Shown here: positions 43,401 through 57,789 of the stretch, piece by piece | Layout of the letters: every line of letters starts with the position of its first letter | Numbering within the stretch: the first letter of the stretch is position 1 | Assembly: GCA_964057225.1 (NCBI GenBank) | Contig: OZ059894.1 | Location: forward strand, 372,001 to 436,000 | Length of the DNA: 64,000 nt | Reading direction: 5' to 3' | From: Auanema rhodensis | Taxonomy: Eukaryota > Animalia > Nematoda | The notes under the pieces: model-generated | The model's input: the letters and a program-made list of their open reading frames with translations, nothing else | What the model was told of the DNA's origin: nothing | Databases searched by the model: none | Translations under genes and position numbers: made by a program

Positions 43401-45960
43401 TGGACATGAGGAATCTAATTTTGAAAACCGCATCTCTTTATCTTTCACGTGAAGCGAGTTACATACCAAGTGCACATCACGTGTACATTTAATTAGCATA
43501 AATTAAAGTTCACGTAAATTTCAAAGTCATGGTTACCATGCACCAATATCAATAAAAATTTGTTTTTAGACTAATATGGACATGGGGAATCTAATTTTGA
43601 AAACCGCATCTCTTTATCTTTCACGTGAAGCGAGTTACATACCAAGTGCACATCACGTGTACATTTAATTAGCATAAATTAAAGTTCACGTAAATTTCAA
43701 AGTCATGGTTACCATGCACCAATATCGATAAAAATTTGTTTTTAGACTAATATGGACATGGGGAATCTAATTTTGAAAACCGCATCTCTTTATCTTTCAC
43801 GTGAAGCGAGTTACATACCAAGTGCACATCACGTGTACATTTAATTAGCATAAATTAAAAATCACGTAAATTTCAAAGTCATGGTTACCATGCACCAATA
43901 TCAATAAAAATTTGTTTTTAGACTAATATGGACATGGGGAATCTAATTTTGAAAACCGCATCTCTTTATCTTTCACGTGAAGCAAGTTACATACCAAGTG
44001 CACATCACGTGTACATTTAATTAGCATAAATTAAAGTTCACGTAAATTTCAAAGACATGGTTACCATTAACCAATATCAATAAAAATTTGTTTTTAGACT
44101 AATATGGACATGGGGAATCTAATTTTGAAAACCGCATCTCTTTATCTTTCACGTGAAGCGAGTTACATACCAAGTGCACATCACGTGTACATTTAATTAG
44201 CATAAATTAAAGTTCACGTAAATTTCAAAGTCATGGTTACCATGCACCAATATCAATAAAATATTGTTTTTAGACTAATATGGACATGGGGAATCTAATT
44301 TTGAAAACTGCATCTCTTTATCTTTCACGTGAAGCGAGTTACATACCAAGTGCACATCACGTGTACATTTAATTAGCATAAATTAAAGTTCACGTTATTT
44401 TCAAAGACATGGTTACCATGAACCAATATCAATAAAAATTTGTTTTTAGACTAATATGGACATGGGGAATCTAATTTTGAAAACCGCATCTCTTCATCTT
44501 TCACGTGAAGCGAGTTACATACCAAGTGCACATCACGTGTACATTTAATTAGCATAAATTAATGTTCACGTAAATTTCAAAGTCATGGTTACCATGAACC
44601 AATATCAATAAAAATTTGTTTTTAGACTAATATGGACATGGGGAATCTAATTTTGAAAACCGCATCTATTTATCTTTCACGTGAAGCGAGTTACATACCA
44701 AGTGCACATCACGTGTACATTTAATTAGCATAAATTAAAGTTCACGTAAATTTCAAAGTCATGGTTACCATGAACCAATATCAATAAAAATTTGTTTTTA
44801 GACTAATATGGACATGGGGAATCTAATTTTGAAAACCGCATCTCTTTTTCTTTCACGTGAAGCGAGTTACATACCAAGTGCACATCACGTGTACATTTAA
44901 TTAGCATAAATTAAAGTTCACGTTATTTTCAAAGACATGGTTACCATGAACCAATATCAATAAAAATTTGTTTTTAGACTAATATGGACATGGGGAATCT
45001 AATTTTGAAAACCGCATCTCTTCATCTTTCACGTGAAGCGAGTTACATACCAAGTGCACATCACGTGTACATTTAATTAGCATAAATTAAAGTTCACGTT
45101 ATTTTCAAAGACATGGTTACCATGAACCAATATCAATAAAAATTTGTTTTTAGACTAATATGGACATGGGGAATCTAATTTTGAAAACCGCATCTATTTA
45201 TCTTTCACGTGAAGCGAGTTACATACCAAGTGCACATCACGTGTACATTTAATTAGCATAAATTAAAGTTCACGTAAATTTCAAAGTCATGGTTACCATG
45301 AACCAATATCAATAAAAATTTGTTTTTAGACTAATATGGACATGGGGAATCTAATTTTGAAAACCGCATCTCTTTTTCTTTCACGTGAAGCGAGTTACAT
45401 ACCAAGTGCACATCACGTGTACATTTAATTAGCATAAATTAAAGTTCACGTAATTTTCAAAGACATGGTTACCATGAACCAATATCAATAAAAATTTGTT
45501 TTTAGACTAATATGGACATGGGGAATCTAATTTTGAGAACCGCATCTCTTTATCTTTCAGGTGAAGCGAGTTACATACCAAGTGCACATCACGTGTACAT
45601 TTAATTAGCATAAATTAAAGTTCACGTAATTTTCAAAGTCATGGTTACCATGAACCAATATCAATAAAAATTTGTTTTTAGACTAATATGGACATGAGGA
45701 ATCTAATTTTGAAAACCGCATCTCTTTATCTTTCACGTGAAGCGAGTTACATACCAAGTGCACATCACGTGTACATTTAATTAGCATAAATTAAAGTTCA
45801 CGTAAATTTCAAAGTCATGGTTACCATGCACCAATATCAATAAAAATTTGTTTTTAGACTAATATGGACATGGGGAATCTAATTTTGAAAACCGCATCTC
45901 TTTATCTTTCACGTGAAGCGAGTTACATACCAAGTGCACATCACGTGTACATTTAATTAG
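40500..45960 (+). repeat. Duplicated monomer series at ~20-21-monomer offset
   Basis: gagaacc variant at 41841/45537 (offset 3696 = 21x176), with shared tcaggtg, catgagg, tctattt and tttttct variants in order. Confidence 0.75.
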
Positions 45961-46799
45961 CATAAATTAAAGTTCACGTAAATTTCAAAGTCATGGTTAC
46001 CATGAACCAATATCAATAAAAATTGGTTTTTAGACTAATATGGACATGGGGAATCTAATTTTGAAAACCGCATCTCTTTATCTTTCACGTGAAGCGAGTT
46101 ACATACCAAGTGCACATCACGTGTACATTTAATTAGCATAAATTAAAGTTCACGTAAATTTCAAAGTCATGGTTACCATGCACCAATATCAATAAAATAT
46201 TGTTTTTAGACTAATATGGACATGGGGAATCTAATTTTGAAAACTGCATCTCTTTATCTTTCACGTGAAGCGAGTTACATACCAAGTGCACATCACGTGT
46301 ACATTTAATTAGCATAAATTAAAGTTCACGTTATTTTCAAAGACATGGTTACCATGAACCAATATCAATAAAAATTTGTTTTTAGACTAATATGGACATG
46401 GGTAATCTAATTTTGAAAACCGCATCTCTTTATCTTTCACGTGAAGCGAGTTACATACCAAGTGCACATCACGTGTACATTTAATTAGCATAAATTAAAG
46501 TTCACGTAAATTTCAAAGTCATGGTTACCATGAACCAATATCAATAAAAATTTGTTTTTAGACTAATATGGACATGGGGAATCTAATTCTGAAAACCGCA
46601 TCTCTTTATCTTTCACGTGAAGCGAGTTACATACCAAGTGCACATCACGTGTACATTTAATTAGCATAAATTAAAGTTCACGTAAATTTCAAAGTCATGG
46701 TTACCATGAACCAATATCAATAAAAATTTGTTTTTAGACTAATATGGACATGGGGAATCTAATTTTGAAAACCGCATCTCTTTATCTTTCACGTGAAGC

Positions 46800-49700
46800 G
46801 AGTTACATACCAAGTGCACATCACGTGTACATTTAATAAGCATAAATTAAAGTTCACGTAAATTTCAAAGTCATGGTTACCATGAATCAATATCAATAAA
46901 ATATTGTTTTTAGACTAATATGGACATGGGGAATCTAATTTTGAAAACCGCATCTCTTTATCTTTCACGTGAAGCGAGTTACGTACCAAGTGCACATCAC
47001 GTGTACATTTAATTAGCATAAATTAAAGTTCACGTTATTTTCAAAGACATGGTTACCATGAACCAATATCAATAAAAATTTGTTTTTAGACTAATATGGA
47101 CATGGGGAATCTAATTTTGAAAACCGCATCTCTTTATCTTTCACGTGAAGCAAGTTACATACCAAGTGCACATCACGTGTACATTTAATTAGCATAAATT
47201 AAAGTTCACGTAAATTTCAAAGTCATGGTTACCATGCACCAATATCGATAAAAATTTGTTTTTAGACTAATATGGACATGGGGAATCTAATTTTGAAAAC
47301 CGCATCTCTTTATCTTTCACGTGAAGCGAGTTACATACCAAGTGCACATCACGTGTACATTTAATTAGCATAAATTAAAGTTCACGTAAATTTCAAAGTC
47401 ATGGTTACCATGAACCAATATCAATAAAAATTTGTTTTTAGACTAATATGGACATGGGGAATCTAATTTTGAAAACCGCATCTCTTTATCTTTCACGTGA
47501 AGCGAGTTACATACCAAGTGCACATCACGTGTACATTTAATTAGCATAAATTAAAGTTCACGTAAATTTCAAAGTCATGGTTACCATGAACCAATATCAA
47601 TAAAAATTTGTTTTTAGACTAATATGGACATGGGGAATCTAATTTTGAAAACCGCATCTCTTTATCTTTCACGTGAAGCGAGTTACATACCAAGAGCACA
47701 TCACGTGTACATTTAATTAGCATAAATTAAAGTTCACGTAAATTTCAAAGTCATGGTTACCATGAACCAATATCAATAAAAGTTTGTTTTTAGACTAATA
47801 TGGACATGGGGAATCTAATTTTGAAAACCGCATCTCTTTATCTTTCACGTGAAGCGAGTTACATACCAAGTGCACATCACGTGTACATTTAATTAGCATA
47901 AATTAAAGTTCACGTAAATTTCAAAGTCATGGTTACCATGCACCAATATCAATAAAAATTTGTTTTTAGACTAATATGGACATGGGGAATCTAATTTTGA
48001 AAACCGCATCTCTTTATCTTTCACGTGAAGCGAGTTACACACCAAGTGCACATCACGTGTACATTTAATTAGCATAAATTAAAGTTCACGTAATTTTCAA
48101 AGACATGGTTACCATGAACCAATATCAATAAAAATTTGTTTTTAGACTAATATTGACATGGGGAATCTAATTTTGAAAACCGCATCTCTTTATCTTTCAC
48201 GTGAAGCGAGTTACATACCAAGTGCACATCACGTGTACATTTAATTAGCATAAATTAAAGTTCACGTAATTTTCAAAGACATGGTTACCATGAACCAATA
48301 TCAATAAAAATTTGTTTTTAGACTAATATGGACATGGGGAATCTAATTTTGAAAACCGCATCTCTTTATCTTTCACGTGAAGCGAGTTACATACCGAGTG
48401 CACATCACGTGTACATTTAATTAGCATAAATTAAAGTTCACGTAAATTTCAAAGTCATGGTTACCATGAACCAATATCAATAAAAATTTGTTTTTAGACT
48501 AATATGGACATGGGGAATCTAATTTTGAAAACCGCATCTCTTTATCTTTCACGTGAAGCGAGTTACATACCAAGTGCACATCACGTGTACATTTAATTAG
48601 CATAAATTAAAGTTCACGTAAATTTCAAAGTCATGGTTACCATGAACCAATATCAATAAAAATTTGTTTTTAGACTAATATGGACATGGGGAATCTAATT
48701 TTGAAAACCGCATCTCTTTATCTTTCACGTGAAGCGAGTTACATACCAAGTGCACATCACGTGTACATTTAATTAGCATAAATTAAAGTTCACGTAATTT
48801 TCAAAGACATGGTTACCATAAACCAATATCAATAAAAATTTGTTTTTAGACTAATATGGACATGGGGAATCTAATTTTGAAAACCGCATCTCTTTATCTT
48901 TCACGTGAAGCGAGTTACATACCAAGTGCACATCACGTGTACATTTAATTAGCATAAATTAAAGTTCACGTAATTTTCAAAGACATGGTTACCATGAACC
49001 AATATCAATAAAAATTTGTTTTTAGACTAATATGGACATGGGGAATCTAATTTTGAAAACCGCATCTCTTTATCTTTCACGTGAAGCGAGTTACATACCG
49101 AGTGCACATCACGTGTACATTTAATTAGCATAAATTAAAGTTCACGTAAATTTCAAAGTCATGGTTACCATGAACCAATATCAATAAAAATTTGTTTTTA
49201 GACTAATATGGACATGGGGAATCTAATTTTGAAAACCGCATCTCTTTATCTTTCACGTGAAGCGAGTTACATACCAAGTGCACATCACGTGTACATTTAA
49301 TTAGCATAAATTAAAGTTCACGTAAATTTCAAAGTCATGGTTACCATGAACCAATATCAATAAAAATTTGTTTTTAGACTAATATGGACATGGGGAATCT
49401 AATTTTGAAAACCGCATCTCTTTATCTTTCACGTGAAGCGAGTTACATACCAAGTGCACATCACGTGTACATTTAATTAGCATAAATTAAAGTTCACGTA
49501 ATTTTCAAAGACATGGTTACCATAAACCAATATCAATAAAAATTTGTTTTTAGACTAATATGGACATGGGGAATCTAATTTTGAAAACCGCATCTCTTTA
49601 TCTTTCACGTGAAGCGAGTTACATACCAAGTGCACATCACGTGTACATTTAATTAGCATAAATTAAAGTTCACGTAATTTTCAAAGACATGGTTACCATG

Positions 49701-52700
49701 AACCAATATCAATAAAAATTTGTTTTTAGACTAATATTGATATGGGGAATCTAATTTTGAAAACCGCATCTCTTTATCTTTCACGTGAAGTGAGTTACAT
49801 ACCAAGTGCACATCACGTGTACATTTAATTAGCATAAATTAAAGTTCACGTAATTTTCAAAGACATGGTTACCATGAACCAATATCAATAAAAATTTGTT
49901 TTTAGACTAATATGGACATGGGGAATCTAATTTTGAAAACCGCATCTCTTTATCTTTCACGTGAAGCGAGTTACATACCAAGTGCACATCACGTGTACAT
50001 TTAATTAGCATAAATTAAAGTTCACGTAAATTTCAAAGTCATGGTTACCATGAACCAATATCAATAAAAATTTGTTTTTAGACTAATATGGACATGGGGA
50101 ATCTAATTTTGAAAACCGCATCTCTTTATCTTTCACGTGAAGCGAGTTACATACCAAGTGCACATCACGTGTACATTTAATTAGCATAAATTAAAGTTCA
50201 CGTAAATTTCAAAGTCATGGTTACCATGAACCAATATCAATAAAAATTTGTTTTTAGACTAATATGGACATGGGGAATCTAATTTTGAAAACCGCATCTC
50301 TTTATCTTTCACGTGAAGCGAGTTACATACCAAGTGCACATCACGTGTACATTTAATAAGCATAAATTAAAGTTCACGTAAATTTCAAAGTCATGGTTAC
50401 CATGAATCAATATCAATAAAATATTGTTTTTAGACTAATATGGACATGGGGAATCTAATTTTGAAAACCGCATCTCTTTATCTTTCACGTGAAGCGAGTT
50501 ACGTACCAAGTGCACATCACGTGTACATTTAATTAGCATAAATTAAAGTTCACGTTATTTTCAAAGACATGGTTACCATGAACCAATATCAATAAAAATT
50601 TGTTTTTAGACTAATATGGACATGGGGAATCTAATTTTGAAAACCGCATCTCTTTATCTTTCACGTGAAGCAAGTTACATACCAAGTGCACATCACGTGT
50701 ACATTTAATTAGCATAAATTAAAGTTCACGTAAATTTCAAAGTCATGGTTACCATGCACCAATATCGATAAAAATTTGTTTTTAGACTAATATGGACATG
50801 GGGAATCTAATTTTGAAAACCGCATCTCTTTATCTTTCACGTGAAGCGAGTTACATACCAAGTGCACATCACGTGTACATTTAATTAGCATAAATTAAAG
50901 TTCACGTAAATTTCAAAGTCATGGTTACCATGAACCAATATCAATAAAAATTTGTTTTTAGACTAATATGGACATGGGGAATCTAATTTTGAAAACCGCA
51001 TCTCTTTATCTTTCACGTGAAGCGAGTTACATACCAAGTGCACATCACGTGTACATTTAATTAGCATAAATTAAAGTTCACGTAAATTTCAAAGTCATGG
51101 TTACCATGAACCAATATCAATAAAAATTTGTTTTTAGACTAATATGGACATGGGGAATCTAATTTTGAAAACCGCATCTCTTTATCTTTCACGTGAAGCG
51201 AGTTACATACCAAGAGCACATCACGTGTACATTTAATTAGCATAAATTAAAGTTCACGTAAATTTCAAAGTCATGGTTACCATGAACCAATATCAATAAA
51301 AGTTTGTTTTTAGACTAATATGGACATGGGGAATCTAATTTTGAAAACCGCATCTCTTTATCTTTCACGTGAAGCGAGTTACATACCAAGTGCACATCAC
51401 GTGTACATTTAATTAGCATAAATTAAAGTTCACGTAAATTTCAAAGTCATGGTTACCATGCACCAATATCAATAAAAATTTGTTTTTAGACTAATATGGA
51501 CATGGGGAATCTAATTTTGAAAACCGCATCTCTTTATCTTTCACGTGAAGCGAGTTACACACCAAGTGCACATCACGTGTACATTTAATTAGCATAAATT
51601 AAAGTTCACGTAATTTTCAAAGACATGGTTACCATGAACCAATATCAATAAAAATTTGTTTTTAGACTAATATTGACATGGGGAATCTAATTTTGAAAAC
51701 CGCATCTCTTTATCTTTCACGTGAAGCGAGTTACATACCAAGTGCACATCACGTGTACATTTAATTAGCATAAATTAAAGTTCACGTAATTTTCAAAGAC
51801 ATGGTTACCATGAACCAATATCAATAAAAATTTGTTTTTAGACTAATATGGACATGGGGAATCTAATTTTGAAAACCGCATCTCTTTATCTTTCACGTGA
51901 AGCGAGTTACATACCGAGTGCACATCACGTGTACATTTAATTAGCATAAATTAAAGTTCACGTAAATTTCAAAGTCATGGTTACCATGAACCAATATCAA
52001 TAAAAATTTGTTTTTAGACTAATATGGACATGGGGAATCTAATTTTGAAAACCGCATCTCTTTATCTTTCACGTGAAGCGAGTTACATACCAAGTGCACA
52101 TCACGTGTACATTTAATTAGCATAAATTAAAGTTCACGTAAATTTCAAAGTCATGGTTACCATGAACCAATATCAATAAAAATTTGTTTTTAGACTAATA
52201 TGGACATGGGGAATCTAATTTTGAAAACCGCATCTCTTTATCTTTCACGTGAAGCGAGTTACATACCAAGTGCACATCACGTGTACATTTAATTAGCATA
52301 AATTAAAGTTCACGTAATTTTCAAAGACATGGTTACCATAAACCAATATCAATAAAAATTTGTTTTTAGACTAATATGGACATGGGGAATCTAATTTTGA
52401 AAACCGCATCTCTTTATCTTTCACGTGAAGCGAGTTACATACCAAGTGCACATCACGTGTACATTTAATTAGCATAAATTAAAGTTCACGTAATTTTCAA
52501 AGACATGGTTACCATGAACCAATATCAATAAAAATTTGTTTTTAGACTAATATTGACATGGGGAATCTAATTTTGAAAACCGCATCTCTTTATCTTTCAC
52601 GTGAAGCGAGTTACATACCAAGTGCACATCACGTGTACATTTAATTAGCATAAATTAAAGTTCACGTAATTTTCAAAGACATGGTTACCATGAACCAATA

Positions 52701-52800
52701 TCAATAAAAATTTGTTTTTAGACTAATATGGACATGGGGAATCTAATTTTGAAAACCGCATCTCTTTATCTTTCACGTGAAGCGAGTTACATACCAAGTG
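46800..52800 (+). repeat. 20-mer-offset duplication (3520 bp) with an internal 4-mer duplication
   Basis: atttaataag 46831/50351, acgtaccaag 46981/50501 and caagagcaca 47691/51211 all show offset 3520. ataccgag 48391/49095 shows offset 704. Confidence 0.85.
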
Positions 52801-55800
52801 CACATCACGTGTACATTTAATTAGCATAAATTAAAGTTCACGTAAATTTCAAAGTCATGGTTACCATGAACCAATATCAATAAAAATTTGTTTTTAGACT
52901 AATATGGACATGGGGAATCTAATTTTGAAAACCGCATCTCTTTATCTTTCACGTGAAGCGAGTTACATACCAAGTGCACATCACGTGTACATTTAATTAG
53001 CATAAATTAAAGTTCACGTAAATTTCAAAGTCATGGTTACCATGAACCAATATCAATAAAAATTTGTTTTTAGACTAATATGGACATGGGGAATCTAATT
53101 TTGAAAACCGCATCTCTTTATCTTTCACGTGAAGCGAGTTACATACCAAGTGCACATCACGTGTACATTTAATTAGCATAAATTAAAGTTCACGTAAATT
53201 TCAAAGTCATGGTTACCATGAACCAATATCAATAAAAATTTGTTTTTAGACTAATATGGACATGGGGAATCTAATTTTGAAAACCGCATCTCTTTATCTT
53301 TCACGTGAAGCGAGTTACATACCAAGTGCACATCACGTGTACATTTAATTAGCATAAATTAAAGTTCACGTAAATTTCAAAGTCATGGTTACCATGAACC
53401 AATATCAATAAAAATTTGTTTTTAGACTAATATGGACATGGGGAATCTAATTTTGAAAACCGCATCTCTTTATCTTTCACGTGAAGCGAGTTACATACCA
53501 AGTGCACATCACGTGTACATTTAATTAGCATAAATTAAAGTTCACGTAATTTTCAAAGACATGGTTACCATGAACCAATATCAATAAAAATTTGTTTTTA
53601 GACTAATATGGACATGGGGAATCTAATTTTGAAAACCGCATCTCTTTATCTTTCACGTGAAGCGAGTTACATACCAAGTGCACATCACGTGTACATTTAA
53701 TTAGCATAAATTAAAGTTCACGTAATTTTCAAAGACATGGTTACCATGAACCAATATCAATAAAAATTTGTTTTTAGACTAATATGGACATGGGGAATCT
53801 AATTTTGAAAACCGCATCTCTTTATCTTTCACGTGAAGCGAGTTACATACCAAGTGCACATCACGTGTACATTTAATTAGCATAAATTAAAGTTCACGTA
53901 ATTTTCAAAGTCATGGTTACCATGCACCGATATCAATAAAAATTTGTTTTTAGACTAATATGGACATGGGGAATCTAATTTTGAAAACCGCATCTCTTTA
54001 TCTTTCACGTGAAGCGAGTTACATACCAAGTGCACATCACGTGTACATTTAATTAGCATAAATTAAAGTTCACGTAAATTTCAAAGTCATGGTTACCATG
54101 CACCGATATCAATAAAAATTTGTTTTTAGACTAATATGGACATGGGGAATCTAATTTTGAAAACCGCATCTCTTTATCTTTCACGTGAAGCGAGTTACAT
54201 ACCAAGTGCACATCACGTGTACATTTAATTAGCATAAATTAAAGTTCACGTAATTTTCAAAGTCATGGTTACCATGAACCAATATCAATAAAAATTTGTT
54301 TTTAGACTAATATGGACATGGGGAATCTAATTTTGAAAACCGCATCTCTTTATCTTTCACGTGAAGCGAGTTACATACCAAGTGCACATCACGTGTACAT
54401 TTAATTAGCATAAATTAAAGTTCACGTAAATTTCAAAGTCATGGTTACCATGCACCAATATCAATAAAAATTTGTTTTTAGACTAATATGGACATGGGGA
54501 ATCTAATTTTGAAAACCGCATCTCTTTATCTTTCACGTGAAGCGAGTTACATACCAAGTGCACATCACGTGTACATTTAATTAGCATAAACTAAAGTTCA
54601 CGTAAATTTCAAAGTCATGGTTACCATGAACCAATATCAATAAAAATTTGTTTTTAGACTAATATGGACATGGGGAATCTAATTTTGAAAACCGCATCTC
54701 TTTATCTTTCACGTGAAGCGAGTTACATACCAAGTGCACATCACGTGTACATTTAATTAGCATAAATTAAAGTTCACGTAATTTTCAAAGTCATGGTTAC
54801 CATGAACCAATATCAATAAAAATTTGTTTTTAGACTAATATGGACATGGGGAATCTAATTTTGAAAACCGCATCTCTTTATCTTTCACGTGAAGCGAGTT
54901 ACATACCAAGTGCACATCACGTGTACATTTAATTAGCATAAATTAAAGTTCACGTAAATTTCAAAGTCATGGTTACCATGCACCAATATCAATAAAAATT
55001 TGTTTTTAGACTAATATGGACATGGGGAATCTAATTTTGAAAACCGCATCTCTTTATCTTTCACGTGAAGCGAGTTACATACCAAGTGCACATCACGTGT
55101 ACATTTAATTAGCATAAACTAAAGTTCACGTAAATTTCAAAGTCATGGTTACCATGAACCAATATCAATAAAAATTTGTTTTTAGACTAATATGGACATG
55201 GGGAATCTAATTTTGAAAACCGCATCTCTTTATCTTTCACGTGAAGCGAGTTACATACCAAGTGCACATCACGTGTACATTTAATTAGCATAAATTAAAG
55301 TTCACGTAAATTTCAAAGTCATGGTTACCATGAACCAATATCAATAAAAATTTGTTTTTAGACTAATATGGACATGGGGAATCTAATTTTGAAAACCGCA
55401 TCTCTTTATCTTTCCCGTGAAGCGAGTTACATACCAAGTGCACATCACGTGTACATTTAATTAGCATAAATTAAAGTTCACGTAAATTTCAAAGTCATGG
55501 TTACCATGCACCAATATCAATAGAATATTGTTTTTAGACTAATATGGACATGGGGAATCTAATTTTGAAAACTGCATCTCTTTATCTTTCACGTGAAGCG
55601 AGTTACATACCAAGTGCACATCACGTGTACATTTAATTAGCATAAATTAAAGTTCACGTTATTTTCAAAGACATGGTTACCATGAACCAATATCAATAAA
55701 AATTTGTTTTTAGACTAATATGGACATGGGTAATCTAATTTTGAAAACCGCATCTCTTTATCTTTCACGTGAAGCGAGTTACATACCAAGTGCACATCAC

Positions 55801-57733
55801 GTGTACATTTAATTAGCATAAATTAAAGTTCACGTAAATTTCAAAGTCATGGTTACCATGAACCAATATCAATAAAAATTTGTTTTTAGACTAATATGGA
55901 CATGGAGAATCTAATTTTGAAAACCGCATCTCTTTATCTTTCACGTGAAGCGAGTTACATACCAAGTGCACATCACGTGTACATTTAATTAGCATAAATT
56001 AAAGTTCACGTAAATTTCAAAGTCATGGTTACCATGAACCAATATCAATAAAAATTTGTTTTTAGACTAATATGGACATGGGGAATCTAATTTTGAAAAC
56101 CGCATCTCTTTATCTTTCCCGTGAAGCGAGTTACATACCAAGTGCACATCACGTGTACATTTAATTAGCATAAATTAAAGTTCACGTAAATTTCAAAGTC
56201 ATGGTTACCATGCACCAATATCAATAGAATATTGTTTTTAGACTAATATGGACATGGGGAATCTAATTTTGAAAACTGCATCTCTTTATCTTTCACGTGA
56301 AGCGAGTTACATACCAAGTGCACATCACGTGTACATTTAATTAGCATAAATTAAAGTTCACGTTATTTTCAAAGACATGGTTACCATGAACCAATATCAA
56401 TAAAAATTTGTTTTTAGACTAATATGGACATGGGTAATCTAATTTTGAAAACCGCATCTCTTTATCTTTCACGTGAAGCGAGTTACATACCAAGTGCACA
56501 TCACGTGTACATTTAATTAGCATAAATTAAAGTTCACGTAAATTTCAAAGTCATGGTTACCATGAATCAATATCAATAAAAATTTGTTTTTAGACTAATA
56601 TGGACATGGGGAATCTAATTTTGAAAACCGCATCTCTTTATCTTTCACGTGAAGCGAGTTACATACCAAGTGCACATCACGTGTACATTTAATTAGCATA
56701 AATTAAAGTTCACGTAATTTTCAAAGACATGGTTACCATGAACCAATATCAATAAAAATTTGTTTTTAGACTAATATGGACATGGGGAATCTAATTTTGG
56801 AAACCGCATCTTTTTATCTTTCACGTGAAGCGAGTTACATACCAAGTGCACATCATGTGTACATTTAATTAGCATAAATTAAAGTTCACGTAAATTTCAA
56901 AGTCATGGTTACCATGAACCAATATCAATAAAAAATTTTTTTAGACTAATATGGACATGGGGAATCTAATTTTGAAAACCGCATCTCTTCATCTTTCACG
57001 TGAAGCGAGTTACATACCAAGTGCACATCACGTGTACATTTAATTAGCATAAATTAAAGTTCATGTAAATTTCAAAGTCATGGTTACCATGAACCAATAT
57101 CAATAAAAATTTGTTTTTAGACTAATATGGACATGGGGAATCTAATTCTGAAAACCGCATCTCTGTATCTTTCACGTGAAGCGAGTTACATACCAAGTGC
57201 ACATCACGTGTACATTTAATTAGCATAAATTAAAGTTCACGTAAATTTCAAAGTCATGGTTACCATGAACCAATATCAATAAAAATTTGTTTTTAGACTA
57301 ATATGGACATGGGGAATCTAATTTTGGAAACCGCATCTCTTTATCTTTCACGTGAAGCGAGTTACATACCAAGTGCACATCACGTGTACATTTAATAAGC
57401 ATAAATTAAAGTTCACGTAAATTTCAAAGTCATGGTTACCATGAATCAATATCAATAAAATATTGTTTTTAGACTAATATGGACATGGGGAATCTAATTT
57501 TGAAAACTGCATCTCTTTATCTTTCACGTGAAGCGAGTTACATACCAAGTGCACATCACGTGTACATTTAATTAGCATAAATTAAAGTTCACGTTATTTT
57601 CAAAGACATGGTTACCATGAACCAATATCAATAAAAATTTGTTTTTAGACTAATATGGACATGGGTAATCTAATTTTGAAAACCGCATCTCTTTATCTTT
57701 CACGTGAAGCGAGTTACATACCAAGTGCACATC

Positions 57734-57738
57734 ACGTG
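57734..57738 (+). repeat. Left target-site duplication ACGTG
   Basis: The satellite reads ...GCACATC-ACGTG and then diverges at 57739. The same ACGTG reappears at 58694-58698 before TACATTT. Confidence 0.85.
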
Positions 57739-57741
57739 GTA

Positions 57742-57789
57742 GTGCACATCGTATGGTCACCACAGGTGCACATCGTATGGTCACCACAG
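57742..57789 (+). repeat. Perfect 24-bp tandem duplication at the LINE 5' junction (GTGCACATCGTATGGTCACCACAG x2)
   Basis: 57742-57765 is identical to 57766-57789 and translates as VHIVWSPQ twice. Confidence 0.97.

Larger units (their letters stand above)
1..57738 (+). repeat. 176-bp tandem satellite DNA array, left of the LINE insertion (~328 monomers)
   Basis: The motif CCAAGTGCACATCACGTG recurs at 1, 177, 353, 529, 705 and onward (period 176). Consensus: ccaagtgcacatcacgtgtacatttaattagcataaattaaagttcacgtaaatttcaaagtcatggttaccatgaaccaatatcaataaaaatttgtttttagactaatatggacatggggaatctaattttgaaaaccgcatctctttatctttcacgtgaagcgagttacata. Monomers typically differ by 0-8 substitutions. Occasional 175-bp monomers occur (tttgttttt->tttttttt, e.g. 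~975, ~3437, ~5372). No inversion seen. Confidence 0.99.

Noticed and set aside
57655-57738. ATG at 57655 as the genuine start of a 186-aa gene
   Set aside because: The first 28 codons are ordinary satellite sequence present in every monomer. The coding signal begins only inside the insert.
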